A stretch of DNA of 64,000 bases from Auanema rhodensis (lineage: Eukaryota > Animalia > Nematoda). How positions within the stretch are numbered: position 1 is the first letter of the stretch; every line of letters starts with the position of its first letter. The notes under the pieces were generated by a model. That model was not told the origin of the DNA. It saw nothing but the letters and a program-made list of their open reading frames with translations, and did not search any database. Both the position numbers and the translations under genes were made by a program. This document shows positions 1-13,200 of this stretch, one piece after another. The stretch is taken from positions 21,328,001 to 21,392,000 of the forward strand of contig OZ059897.1 of the NCBI GenBank assembly GCA_964057225.1. Direction: 5' to 3'.

Positions 1-176
1 TGAAAGATAAAGAGATTCGGTTTTCAAAATTAGATTCCCCATGTCCATATTAGTCTAAAAACAAATTTTTATTGATATTGGTGCATGGTAACCATGACTT
101 TGAAATTTACGTGAACTTTAATTTATGCTAATTAAATGTACACGTGATGTGCACTTGGTATGTAACTCGCTTCACG

Positions 177-1936
177 AGAAAGATAAAGAGATGCGGTTTT
201 CAAAATTAGATTCCCCATGTCCATATTAGTCTAAAAACAAATTTTTATTGATATTGGTTCATGGTAACCATGACTTTGAAATTTACGTGAACTTTAATTT
301 ATGCTAATTAAATGTACACGTGATGTGCACTTGGTATGTAACTCGCTTCACGTGAAAGATAAAGAGATGCGGTTTTCAAAATTAGATTCCCCATGTCCAT
401 ATTAGTCTAAAAACAAATTTTTATTGATATTGGTTCATGGTAACCATGACTTTGAAATTTACGTGAACTTTAATTTATGCTAATTAAATGTACACGTGAT
501 GTGCACTTGGTATGTAACTCACTTCACGTGAAAGATAAAGAGATGCGGTTTTCAAAATTAGATTCCCCATGTCCATATTAGTCTAAAAACAAATTTTTAT
601 CGATATTGGTTCATGGTAACCATGACTTTGAATTTTACGTGAACTTTAATTTATGCTAATTAAATGTACACGTGATGTGCACTTGGTATGTAACTCGCTT
701 CACGTGAAAGATAAAGAGATTCGGTTTTCAAAATTAGATTCCCCATGTCCATATTAGTCTAAAAACAAATTTTTATCGATATTGGTTCATGGTAACCATG
801 ACTTTGAAATTTACGTGAACTTTAATTTATGCTAATTAAATGTACACGTGATGTGCACTTGGTATGTAACTCGCTTCACGTGAAAGATAAAGAGATGCGG
901 TTTTCAAAATTAGATTCCCCATGTCCATATTAGTCTAAAAACAAATTTTTATTGATATTGGTGCATGGTAACCATGACTTTGAAATTTACGTGAACTTTA
1001 ATTTATGCTAATTAAATGTACACGTGATGTGCACTTGGTATGTAACTCGCTTCACGAGAAAGATAAAGAGATGCGGTTTTCAAAATTAGATTCCCCATGT
1101 CCATATTAGTCTAAAAACAAATTTTTATTGATATTGGTTCATGGTAACCATGACTTTGAAATTTACGTGAACTTTAATTTATGCTAATTAAATGTACACG
1201 TGATGTGCACTTGGTATGTAACTCGCTTCACGTGAAAGATAAAGAGATGCGGTTTTCAAAATTAGATTCCCCATGTCTATATTAGTCTAAAAACAAATTT
1301 TTATTGATATTGGTTCATGGTAACCATGACTTTGAAATTTACGTGAACTTTAATTTATGCTAATTAAATGTACACGTGATGTGCACTTGGTATGTAACTC
1401 ACTTCACGTGAAAGATAAAGAGATGCGGTTTTCAAAATTAGATTCCCCATGTCCATATTAGTCTAAAAACAAATTTTTATCGATATTGGTTCATGGTAAC
1501 CATGACTTTGAAATTTACGTGAACTTTAATTTATGCTAATTAAATGTACACGTGATGTGCACTTGGTATGTAACTCGCTTCACGTGAAAGATAAAGAGAT
1601 TCGGTTTTCAAAATTAGATTCCCCATGTCCATATTAGTCTAAAAACAAATTTTTATCGATATTGGTTCATGGTAACCATGACTTTGAAATTTACGTGATA
1701 TTTAATTTATGCTAATTAAATGTACACGTGATGTGCACTTGGTATGTAACTCGCTTCACGTGAAAGATAAAGAGATGCGGTTTTCAAAATTAGATTCCCC
1801 ATGTCCATATTAGTCTAAAAACAAATTTTTATTGATATTGGTGCATGGTAACCATGACTTTGAAATTTACGTGAACTTTAATTTATGCTAATTAAATGTA
1901 CACGTGATGTGCACTTGGTATGTAACTCGCTTCACG
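177..1936 (+). repeat. Tandem duplication of a 5-monomer block (880 bp)
   Basis: The variant order (cacgAga)(actcAc)(atCgat)(gatTc+atCgat)(ggtGc) occurs twice, e.g. actcAc at 521 and 1401. Confidence 0.8.
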
Positions 1937-4900
1937 TAAAAGATAAAGAGATTCGGTTTTCAAAATTAGATTCCCCATGTCCATATTAGTCTAAAAACAA
2001 ATTTTTATTGATATTGGTTCATGGTAACCATGACTTTGAAATTTACGTGAACTTTAATTTATGCTAATTAAATGTACACGTGATGTGCACTTGGTATGTA
2101 ACTCGCTTCACGTGAAAGATAAAGAGATGCGGTTTTCAAAATTAGATTCCCCATGTCCATATTAGTCTAAAAACAAATTTTTATCGATATTGGTTCATGG
2201 TAACCATGACTTTGAAATTTACGTGAACTTTAATTTATGCTAATTAAATGTACACGTGATGTGCACTTGGTATGTAACTCGCTTCACGTGAAAGATAAAG
2301 AGATGCGGTTTTCAAAATTATATTCCCCATGTCCATATTAGTCTGAAAACAAATTTTTATTGATATTGGTGCATGGTAACCATGACTTTGAAATTTACGT
2401 GAACTTTAATTTATGCTAATTAAATGTACACGTGATGTGCACTTGGTATGGAACTCGCTTCACGTGAAAGATAAAGAGATGCGGTTTTCAAAATTAGATT
2501 CCCCATGTCCATATTAGTCTAAAAACAAATTTTTATTGATATTGGTTCATGGTAACCATGACTTTGAAATTTACGTGAACTTTAATTTATGCTAATTAAA
2601 TGTACACGTGATGTGCACTTGGTATGTAACTCGCTTCACGTGAAAGATAAAGAGATTCGGTTTTCAAAATTAGATTCCCCATGTCCATATTAGTCTAAAA
2701 ACAAATTTTTATTGATATTGGTGCATGGTAACCATGACTTTGAAATTTACGTGAACTTTAATTTATGCTAATTAAATGTACACGTGATGTGCACTTGGTA
2801 TGTAACTCGCTCCACGTGAAAGATAAAGAGATGCGGTTTTCAAAACTAGATTCCCCATGTCCATATTAGTCTAAAAACAAATTTTTATTGATATTGGTGC
2901 ATGGTAACCATGACTTTGAAATTTACGTGAACTTTAATTTATGCTAATTAAATGTACACGTGATGTGCACTTGGTATGTAACTCGCTTCACGAGAAAGAT
3001 AAAGAGATGCGGTTTTCAAAATTAGATTCCCCATGTCCATATTAGTCTAAAAACAAATTTTTATTGATATTGGTTCATGGTAACCATGACTTTGAAATTT
3101 ACGTGAACTTTAATTTATGCTAATTAAATGTACACGTGATGTGCACTTGGTATGTAACTCGCTTCACGTGAAAGATAAAGAGATGCGGTTTTCAAAATTA
3201 GATTCCCCATGTCCATATTAGTCTAAAAACAAATTTTTATTGATATTGGTTCATGGTAACCATGACTTTGAAATTTACGTGAACTTTAATTTATGCTAAT
3301 TAAATGTACACGTGATGTGCACTTGGTATGTAACTCGCTTCACGTGAAAGATAAAGAGATGCGGTTTTCAAAATTAGATTCCCCATGTCCATATTAGTCT
3401 AAAAACAAATTTTTATCGATATTGGTTCATGGTAACCATGACTTTGAAATTTACGTGAACTTTAATTTATGCTAATTAAATGTACACGTGATGTGCACTT
3501 GGTATGTAACTCGCTTCACGTGAAAGATAAAGAGATGCGGTTTTCAAAATTAGATTCCCCATGTCCATATTAGTCTAAAAACAAATTTTTATTGATATTG
3601 GTTCATGGTAACCATGACTTTGAAATTTACGTGAACTTTAATTTATGCTAATTAAATGTACACGTGATGTGCACTTGGTATGTAACTCGCTCCACGTGAA
3701 AGATAAAGAGATGCGGTTTTCAAAATTAGATTCCCCATGTCCATATTAGTCTAAATACAAATTTTTATTGATATTGGTTCATGGTAACCATGACTTTGAA
3801 ATTTACGTGAACTTTAATTTATGCTAATTAAATGTACACGTGATGTGCACTTGGTATGTAACTCGCTTCACGTGAAAGATAAAGAGATGCGGTTTTCAAA
3901 ATTAGATTCCCCATGTCCATATTAGTCTAAAAACAAATTTTTATTGATATTGGTTCATGGTAACCATGACTTTGAAATTTACGTGAACTTTATTTTATGC
4001 TAATTAAATGTACACGTGATGTGCACTTGGTATGTAACTCGCTTCACGTAAAAAATGAAGAGATGCGGTTTTCAAAATTAGATTCCCCATGTCCATATTA
4101 GTCTAAAAACAAATTTTTATCGATATTGGTTCATGGTAACCATGACTTTGAAATTTACGTGAACTTTAATTTATGCTAATTAAATGTACACGTGATGTGC
4201 ACTTGGTATGTAACTCGCTTCACGTGAAAGATAAAGAGATGCGGTTTTCAAAATTAGATTCCCCATGTCCATATTAGTCTAAAAACAAATTTTTATTGAT
4301 ATTGGTTCATGGTAACCATGACTTTGAAATTTACGTGAACTTTAATTTATGCTAATTAAATGTACACGTGATGTGCACTTGGTATGTAACTCGCTCCACG
4401 TGAAAGATAAAGAGATGCGGTTTTCAAAATTAGATTCCCCATGTCCATATTAGTCTAAAAACAAATTTTTATTGATATTGGTTCATGGTAACCATGACTT
4501 TGAAATTTACGTGAACTTTAATTTATGCTAATTAAATGTACACGTGATGTGCACTTGGTATGGAACTCGCTTCACGTGAAAGATAAAGAGATGCAGTTTT
4601 CAAAATTAGATTCCCCATGTCCATATTAGTCTAAAAACAAATTTTTATTGATATTGGTTCATGGTAACCATGACTTTGAAATTTACGTGAACTTTAATTT
4701 ATGCTAATTTAATGTACACGTGATGTGCACTTGGTATGTAACTCGCTTCACGTGAAAGATAAAGAGATTCGGTTTTCAAAATTAGATTCCCCATGTCCAT
4801 ATTAGTCTAAAAACAAATTTTTATTGATATTGGTGCATGGTAACCATGACTTTGAAATTTACGTGAACTTTAATTTATGCTAATTAAATGTACACGTGAT

Positions 4901-6337
4901 GTGCACTTGGTATGTAACTCGCTTCACGTGAAAGATAAAGAGATGCGGTTTTCAAAATTAGATTCCCCATGTCCATATTAGTCTAAAAACAAATTTTTAT
5001 TGATATTGGTTCATGGTAACCATGACTTTGAAATTTACGTGAACTTTAATTTATGCTAATTAAATGTACACGTGATGTGCACTTGGTATGTAACTCGCTC
5101 CACGTGAAAGATAAAGAGATGCGGTTTTCAAAATTAGATTCCCCATGTCCATATTAGTCTAAAAACAAATTTTTATTGATATTGGTTCATGGTAACCATG
5201 ACTTTGAAATTTACGTGAACTTTAATTTATGCTAATTAAATGTACACGTGATGTGCACTTGGTATGTAACTCGCTTCACGTGAAAGATAAAGAGATGCGG
5301 TTTTCAAAATTATATTCCCCATGTCCATATTAGTCTGAAAACAAATTTTTATTGATATTGGTGCATGGTAACCATGACTTTGAAATTTACGTGAACTTTA
5401 ATTTATGCTAATTAAATGTACACGTGATGTGCACTTGGTATGGAACTCGCTTCACGTGAAAGATAAAGAGATGCGGTTTTCAAAATTAGATTCCCCATGT
5501 CCATATTAGTCTAAAAACAAATTTTTATTGATATTGGTTCATGGTAACCATGACTTTGAAATTTACGTGAACTTTAATTTATGCTAATTAAATGTACACG
5601 TGATGTGCACTTGGTATGTAACTCGCTCCACGTGAAAGATAAAGAGATGCGGTTTTCAAAATTAGATTCCCCATGTCCATATTAGTCTAAAAACAAATTT
5701 TTATTGATATTGGTGCATGGTAACCATGACTTTGAAATTTACGTGAACTTTAATTTATGCTAATTAAATGTACACGTGATGTGCACTTGGTATGTAACTC
5801 GCTTCACGTGAAAGATAAAGAGATGCGGTTTTCAAAATTAGATTCCCCATGTCCATATTAGTCTAAAAACAAATTTTTATCGATATTGGTTCATGGTAAC
5901 CATGACTTTGAAATTTACGTGAACTTTAATTTATGCTAATTAAATGTACACGTGATGTGCACTTGGTATGTAACTCGCTTCACGTGAAAGATAAAGAGAT
6001 GCGGTTTTCAAAATTAGATTCCCCATGTCCATATTAGTCTAAAAACAAATTTTTATTGATATTGGTTCATGGTAACCATGACTTTGAAATTTACGTGAAC
6101 TTTAATTTATGCTAATTAAATGTACACGTGATGTGCACTTGGTATGTAACTCGCTCCACGTGAAAGATAAAGAGATGCGGTTTTCAAAATTAGATTCCCC
6201 ATGTCCATATTAGTCTAAATACAAATTTTTATTGATATTGGTTCATGGTAACCATGACTTTGAAATTTACGTGAACTTTAATTTATGCTAATTAAATGTA
6301 CACGTGATGTGCACTTGGTATGTAACTCGCTTCACGT

Positions 6338-9300
6338 GAAAGATAAAGAGATGCGGTTTTCAAAATTAGATTCCCCATGTCCATATTAGTCTAAAAACAA
6401 ATTTTTATTGATATTGGTTCATGGTAACCATGACTTTGAAATTTACGTGAACTTTATTTTATGCTAATTAAATGTACACGTGATGTGCACTTGGTATGTA
6501 ACTCGCTTCACGTGAAAGATAAAGAGATGCGGTTTTCAAAATTAGATTCCCCATGTCCATATTAGTCTAAAAACAAATTTTTATTGATATTGGTGCATGG
6601 TAACCATGACTTTGAAATTTACGTGAACTTTAATTTATGCTAATTAAATGTACACGTGATGTGCACTTGGTATGTAACTCGCTTCACGTAAAAAATGAAG
6701 AGATGCGGTTTTCAAAATTAGATTCCCCATGTCCATATTAGTCTAAAAACAAATTTTTATCGATATTGGTTCATGGTAACCATGACTTTGAAATTTACGT
6801 GAACTTTAATTTATGCTAATTAAATGTACACGTGATGTGCACTTGGTATGTAACTCGCTTCACGTGAAAGATAAAGAGATGCGGTTTTCAAAATTAGATT
6901 CCCCATGTCCATATTAGTCTAAAAACAAATTTTTATTGATATTGGTTCATGGTAACCATGACTTTGAAATTTACGTGAACTTTAATTTATGCTAATTAAA
7001 TGTACACGTGATGTGCACTTGGTATGTAACTCGCTCCACGTGAAAGATAAAGAGATGCGGTTTTCAAAATTAGATTCCCCTTGTCCATATTAGTCTAAAA
7101 ACAAATTTTTATTGATATTGGTTCATGGTAACCATGACTTTGAAATTTACGTGAACTTTAATTTATGCTAATTAAATGTACACGTGATGTGCACTTGGTA
7201 TGGAACTCGCTTCACGTGAAAGATAAAGAGATGCGGTTTTCAAAATTAGATTCCCCATGTCCATATTAGTCTAAAAACAAATTTTTATTGATATTGGTTC
7301 ATGGTAACCATGACTTTGAAATTTACGTGAACTTTAATTTATGCTAATTTAATGTACACGTGATGTGCACTTGGTATGTAACTCGCTTCACGTGAAAGAT
7401 AAAGAGATTCGGTTTTCAAAATTAGATTCCCCATGTCCATATTAGTCTAAAAACAAATTTTTATTGATATTGGTGCATGGTAACCATGACTTTGAAATTT
7501 ACGTGAACTTTAATTTATGCTAATTAAATGTACACGTGATGTGCACTTGGTATGTAACTCGCTTCACGTGAAAGATAAAGAGATGCGGTTTTCAAAATTA
7601 GATTCCCCATGTCCATATTAGTCTAAAAACAAATTTTTATTGATATTGGTTCATGGTAACCATGACTTTGAAATTTACGTGAACTTTAATTTATGCTAAT
7701 TAAATGTACACGTGATGTGCACTTGGTATGTAACTCGCTCCACGTGAAAGATAAAGAGATGCGGTTTTCAAAATTAGATTCCCCATGTCCATATTAGTCT
7801 AAAAACAAATTTTTATTGATATTGGTTCATGGTAACCATGACTTTGAAATTTACGTGAACTTTAATTTATGCTAATTAAATGTACACGTGATGTGCACTT
7901 GGTATGGAACTCGCTTCACGTGAAAGATAAAGAGATGCGGTTTTCAAAATTAGATTCCCCATGTCCATATTAGTCTAAAAACAAATTTTTATTGATATTG
8001 GTTCATGGTAACCATGACTTTGAAATTTACGTGAACTTTAATTTATGCTAATTTAATGTACACGTGATGTGCACTTGGTATGTAACTCGCTTCACGTGAA
8101 AGATAAAGAGATTCGGTTTTCAAAATTAGATTCCCCATGTCCATATTAGTCTAAAAACAAATTTTTATTGATATTGGTGCATGGTAACCATGACTTTGAA
8201 ATTTACGTGAACTTTAATTTATGCTAATTAAATGTACACGTGATGTGCACTTGGTATGTAACTCGCTTCACGAGAAAGATAAAGAGATGCGGTTTTCAAA
8301 ATTAGATTCCCCATGTCCATATTAGTCTAAAAACAAATTTTTATTGATATTGGTTCATGGTAACCATGACTTTGAAATTTACGTGAACTTTATTTTATGC
8401 TAATTAAATGTACACGTGATGTGCACTTGGTATGTAACTCGCTTCACGTGAAAGATAAAGAGATGCGGTTTTCAAAATTAGATTCCCCATGTCCATATTA
8501 GTCTAAAAACAAATTTTTATTGATATTGGTGCATGGTAACCATGACTTTGAAATTTACGTGAACTTTAATTTATGCTAATTAAATGTACACGTGATGTGC
8601 ACTTGGTATGTAACTCGCTTCACGTAAAAAATGAAGAGATGCGGTTTTCAAAATTAGATTCCCCATGTCCATATTAGTCTAAAAACAAATTTTTATCGAT
8701 ATTGGTTCATGGTAACCATGACTTTGAAATTTACGTGAACTTTAATTTATGCTAATTAAATGTACACGTGATGTGCACTTGGTATGTAACTCGCTTCACG
8801 TGAAAGATAAAGAGATGCGGTTTTCAAAATTAGATTCCCCATGTCCATATTAGTCTAAAAACAAATTTTTATTGATATTGGTTCATGGTAACCATGACTT
8901 TGAAATTTACGTGAACTTTAATTTATGCTAATTAAATGTACACGTGATGTGCACTTGGTATGTAACTCGCTCCACGTGAAAGATAAAGAGATGCGGTTTT
9001 CAAAATTAGATTCCCCTTGTCCATATTAGTCTAAAAACAAATTTTTATTGATATTGGTTCATGGTAACCATGACTTTGAAATTTACGTGAACTTTAATTT
9101 ATGCTAATTAAATGTACACGTGATGTGCACTTGGTATGGAACTCGCTTCACGTGAAAGATAAAGAGATGCGGTTTTCAAAATTAGATTCCCCATGTCCAT
9201 ATTAGTCTAAAAACAAATTTTTATTGATATTGGTTCATGGTAACCATGACTTTGAAATTTACGTGAACTTTAATTTATGCTAATTAAATGTACACGTGAT

Positions 9301-10209
9301 GTGCACTTGGTATGTAACTCGCTTCACGTGAAAGATAAAGAGATTCGGTTTTCAAAATTAGATTCCCCATGTCCATATTAGTCTAAAAACAAATTTTTAT
9401 TGATGTTGGTGCATGGTAACCATGACTTTGAAATTTACGTGAACTTTAATTTATGCTAATTAAATGTACACGTGATGTGCACTTGGTATGTAACTCGCTT
9501 CACGTGAAAGATAAAGAGATGCGGTTTTCAAAATTAGATTCCCCATGTCCATATTAGTCTAAAAACAAATTTTTATTGATATTGGTTCATGGTAACCATG
9601 ACTTTGAAATTTACGTGAACTTTAATTTATGCTAATTAAATGTACACGTGATGTGCACTTGGTATGTAACTCGCTCCACGTGAAAGATAAAGAGATGCGG
9701 TTTTCAAAATTAGATTCCCCATGTCCATATTAGTCTAAAAACAAATTTTTATTGATATTGGTTCATGGTAACCATGACTTTGAAATTTACGTGAACTTTA
9801 ATTTATGCTAATTAAATGTACACGTGATGTGCACTTGGTATGGAACTCGCTTCACGTGAAAGATAAAGAGATGCGGTTTTCAAAATTAGATTCCCCATGT
9901 CCATATTAGTCTAAAAACAAATTTTTATTGATATTGGTTCATGGTAACCATGACTTTGAAATTTACGTGAACTTTAATTTATGCTAATTTAATGTACACG
10001 TGATGTGCACTTGGTATGTAACTCGCTTCACGTGAAAGATAAAGAGATTCGGTTTTCAAAATTAGATTCCCCATGTCCATATTAGTCTAAAAACAAATTT
10101 TTATTGATATTGGTGCATGGTAACCATGACTTTGAAATTTACGTGAACTTTAATTTATGCTAATTAAATGTACACGTGATGTGCACTTGGTATGTAACTC
10201 GCTTCACGA
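6338..10209 (+). repeat. Tandem duplication of an 11-monomer block (1936 bp)
   Basis: Markers offset by 1936: tttaTttt 6457/8393, cacgtAaaaAatGaag 6690/8626, ccccTtgt 7081/9017, cacgAga 8273/10209. Confidence 0.85.
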
Positions 10210-13200
10210 GAAAGATAAAGAGATGCGGTTTTCAAAATTAGATTCCCCATGTCCATATTAGTCTAAAAACAAATTTTTATTGATATTGGTTCATGGTAAC
10301 CATGACTTTGAAATTTACGTGAACTTTAATTTATGCTAATTAAATGTACACGTGATGTGCACTTGGTATGTAACTCGCTTCACGTGAAAGATAAAGAGAT
10401 GCGGTTTTCAAAATTAGATTCCCCATGTCCATATTAGTCTAAAAAACAAATTTTTATTGATATTGGTTCATGGTAACCATGACTTTGAAATTTACGTGAA
10501 CTTTAATTTATGCTAATTAAATGTACACGTGATGTGCACTTGGTATGTAACTCGCTTCACGTGAAAGATAAAGAGATGCGGTTTTCAAAATTAGATTCCC
10601 CATGTCCATATTAGTCTAAAAACAAATTTTTATCGATATTGGTTCATGGTAACCATGACTTTGAAATTTACGTGAACTTTAATTTATGCTAATTAAATGT
10701 ACACGTGATGTGCACTTGGTATGTAACTCGCTTCACGTGAAAGATAAAGAGATTCGGTTTTCAAAATTAGATTCCCCATGTCCATATTAGTCTAAAAACA
10801 AATTTTTATCGATATTGGTTCATGGTAACCATGACTTTGAAATTTACGTGAACTTTAATTTATGCTAATTAAATGTACACGTGATGTGCACTTGGTATGT
10901 AACTCGCTTCACGTGAAAGATAAAGAGATGCGGTTTTCAAAATTAGATTCCCCATGTCCATATTAGTCTAAAAACAAATTTTTATTGATATTGGTGCATG
11001 GTAACCAAGACTTTGAAATTTACGTGAACTTTAATTTATGCTAATTAAATGTACACGTGATGTGCACTTGGTATGTAACTCGCTTCACGTGAAAGATGAA
11101 GAGATGCGGTTTTCAAAATTAGATTCCCCATGTCCATATTAGTCTAAAAACAAATTTTTATTGATATTGGTTCATGGTAACCATGACTTTGAAATTTACG
11201 TGAACTTTAATTTATGCTAATTAAATGTACACGTGATGTGCACTTGGTATGTAACTCGCTTCACGTGAAAGATAAAGAGATGCGGTTTTCAAAATTAGAT
11301 TCCCCATGTCCATATTAGTCTAAAAACAAATTTTTATCGATATTGGTTCATGGTAACCATGACTTTGAAATTTACGTGAACTTTAATTTATGCTAATTAG
11401 ATGTACACGTGATGTGCACTTGGTATGTAACTCGCTTCACGTGAAAGATAAAGAGATGCGGTTTTCAAAATTAGATTCCCCATGTCCATATTAGTCTAAA
11501 AACAAATTTTTATTGATATTGGTGCATGGTAACCATGACTTTGAAATTTACGTGAACTTTAATTTATGCTAATTAAATGTACACGTGATGTGCACTTGGT
11601 ATGTAACTCGCTTCACGAGAAAGATAAAGAGATGCGGTTTTCAAAATTAGATTCCCCATGTCCATATTAGTCTAAAAACAAATTTTTATTGATATTGGTT
11701 CATGGTAACCATGACTTTGAAATTTACGTGAACTTTAATTTATGCTAATTAAATGTACACGTGATGTGCACTTGGTATGTAACTCGCTTCACGTGAAAGA
11801 TAAAGAGATGCGGTTTTCAAAATTAGATTCCCCATGTCCATATTAGTCTAAAAACAAATTTTTATCGATATTGGTTCATGGTAACCATGACTTTGAAATT
11901 TACGTGAACTTTAATTTATGCTAATTAAATGTACATGTGATGTGCACTTGGTATGTAACTCGCTTCACGTGAAAGATAAAGAGATGCGGTTTTCAAAATT
12001 AGATTCCCCATGTCCATATTAGTCTAAAAAAAAATTTTTATTGATATTGGTTCATGGTAACCATGACTTTGAAATTTACGTGAACTTTAATTTATGCTAA
12101 TTAAATGTACACGTGATGTGCACTTGGTATGTAACTCGCTTCACGTGAAAGATAAAGAGATGCGGTTTTCAAAATTAGATTCCCCATGTCCATATTAGTC
12201 TAAAAACAAATTTTTATCGATATTGGTTCATGGTAACCATGACTTTGAAATTTACGTGAACTTTAATTTATGCTAATTAAATGTACACGTGATGTGCACT
12301 TGGTATGTAACTCGCTTCACGTGAAAGATAAAGAGATGCGGTTTTCAAAATTATATTCCCCATGTCCATATTAGTCTGAAAACAAATTTTTATTGATATT
12401 GGTGCATGGTAACCATGACTTTGAAATTTACGTGAACTTTAATTTATGCTAATTAAATGTACACGTGATGTGCACTTGGTATGGAACTCGCTTCACGTGA
12501 AAGATAAAGAGATGCGGTTTTCAAAATTAGATTCCCCATGTCCATATTAGTCTAAAAACAAATTTTTATTGATATTGGTTCATGGTAACCATGACTTTGA
12601 AATTTACGTGAACTTTAATTTATGCTAATTAAATGTACACGTGATGTGCACTTGGTATGTAACTCGCTTCACGTGAAAGATAAAGAGATGCGGTTTTCAA
12701 AATTATATTCCCCATGTCCATATTAGTCTGAAAACAAATTTTTATTGATATTGGTGCATGGTAACCATGACTTTGAAATTTACGTGAACTTTAATTTATG
12801 CTAATTAAATGTACACGTGATGTGCACTTGGTATGGAACTCGCTTCACGTGAAAGATAAAGAGATGCGGTTTTCAAAATTAGATTCCCCATGTCCATATT
12901 AGTCTAAAAACAAATTTTTATTGATATTGGTTCATGGTAACCATGACTTTGAAATTTACGTGAACTTTAATTTATGCTAATTAAATGTACACGTGATGTG
13001 CACTTGGTATGTAACTCGCTTCACGTAAAAGATAAAGAGATGCGGTTTTCAAAATTAGATTCCCCATGTCCATATTAGTCTAAAAACAAATTTTTATTGA
13101 TATTGGTTCATGGTAACCATGACTTTGAAATTTACGTGAACTTTAATTTATGCTAATTAAATGTACACGTGATGTGCACTTGGTATGTAACTCGCTTCAC

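Noticed and set aside
15-31. CENP-B box at the gaTTCGgttttc variant
   Set aside because: Only TTCG matches. The downstream A and CGGG of NTTCGNNNNANNCGGGN are absent.
1-176. Assignment to known satellites of similar length (Brassica CentBr, Arabidopsis CEN178, honeybee AluI, primate alpha satellite)
   Set aside because: Only the length is similar. The monomer has no AAGCTT or AGCT site and no similarity that I can recognise. A database search is needed.
256-270. RFX X-box-like motif (GGTTCATGGTAAC)
   Set aside because: One half-site resembles the RFX consensus but the other is poor, and there is no promoter context.
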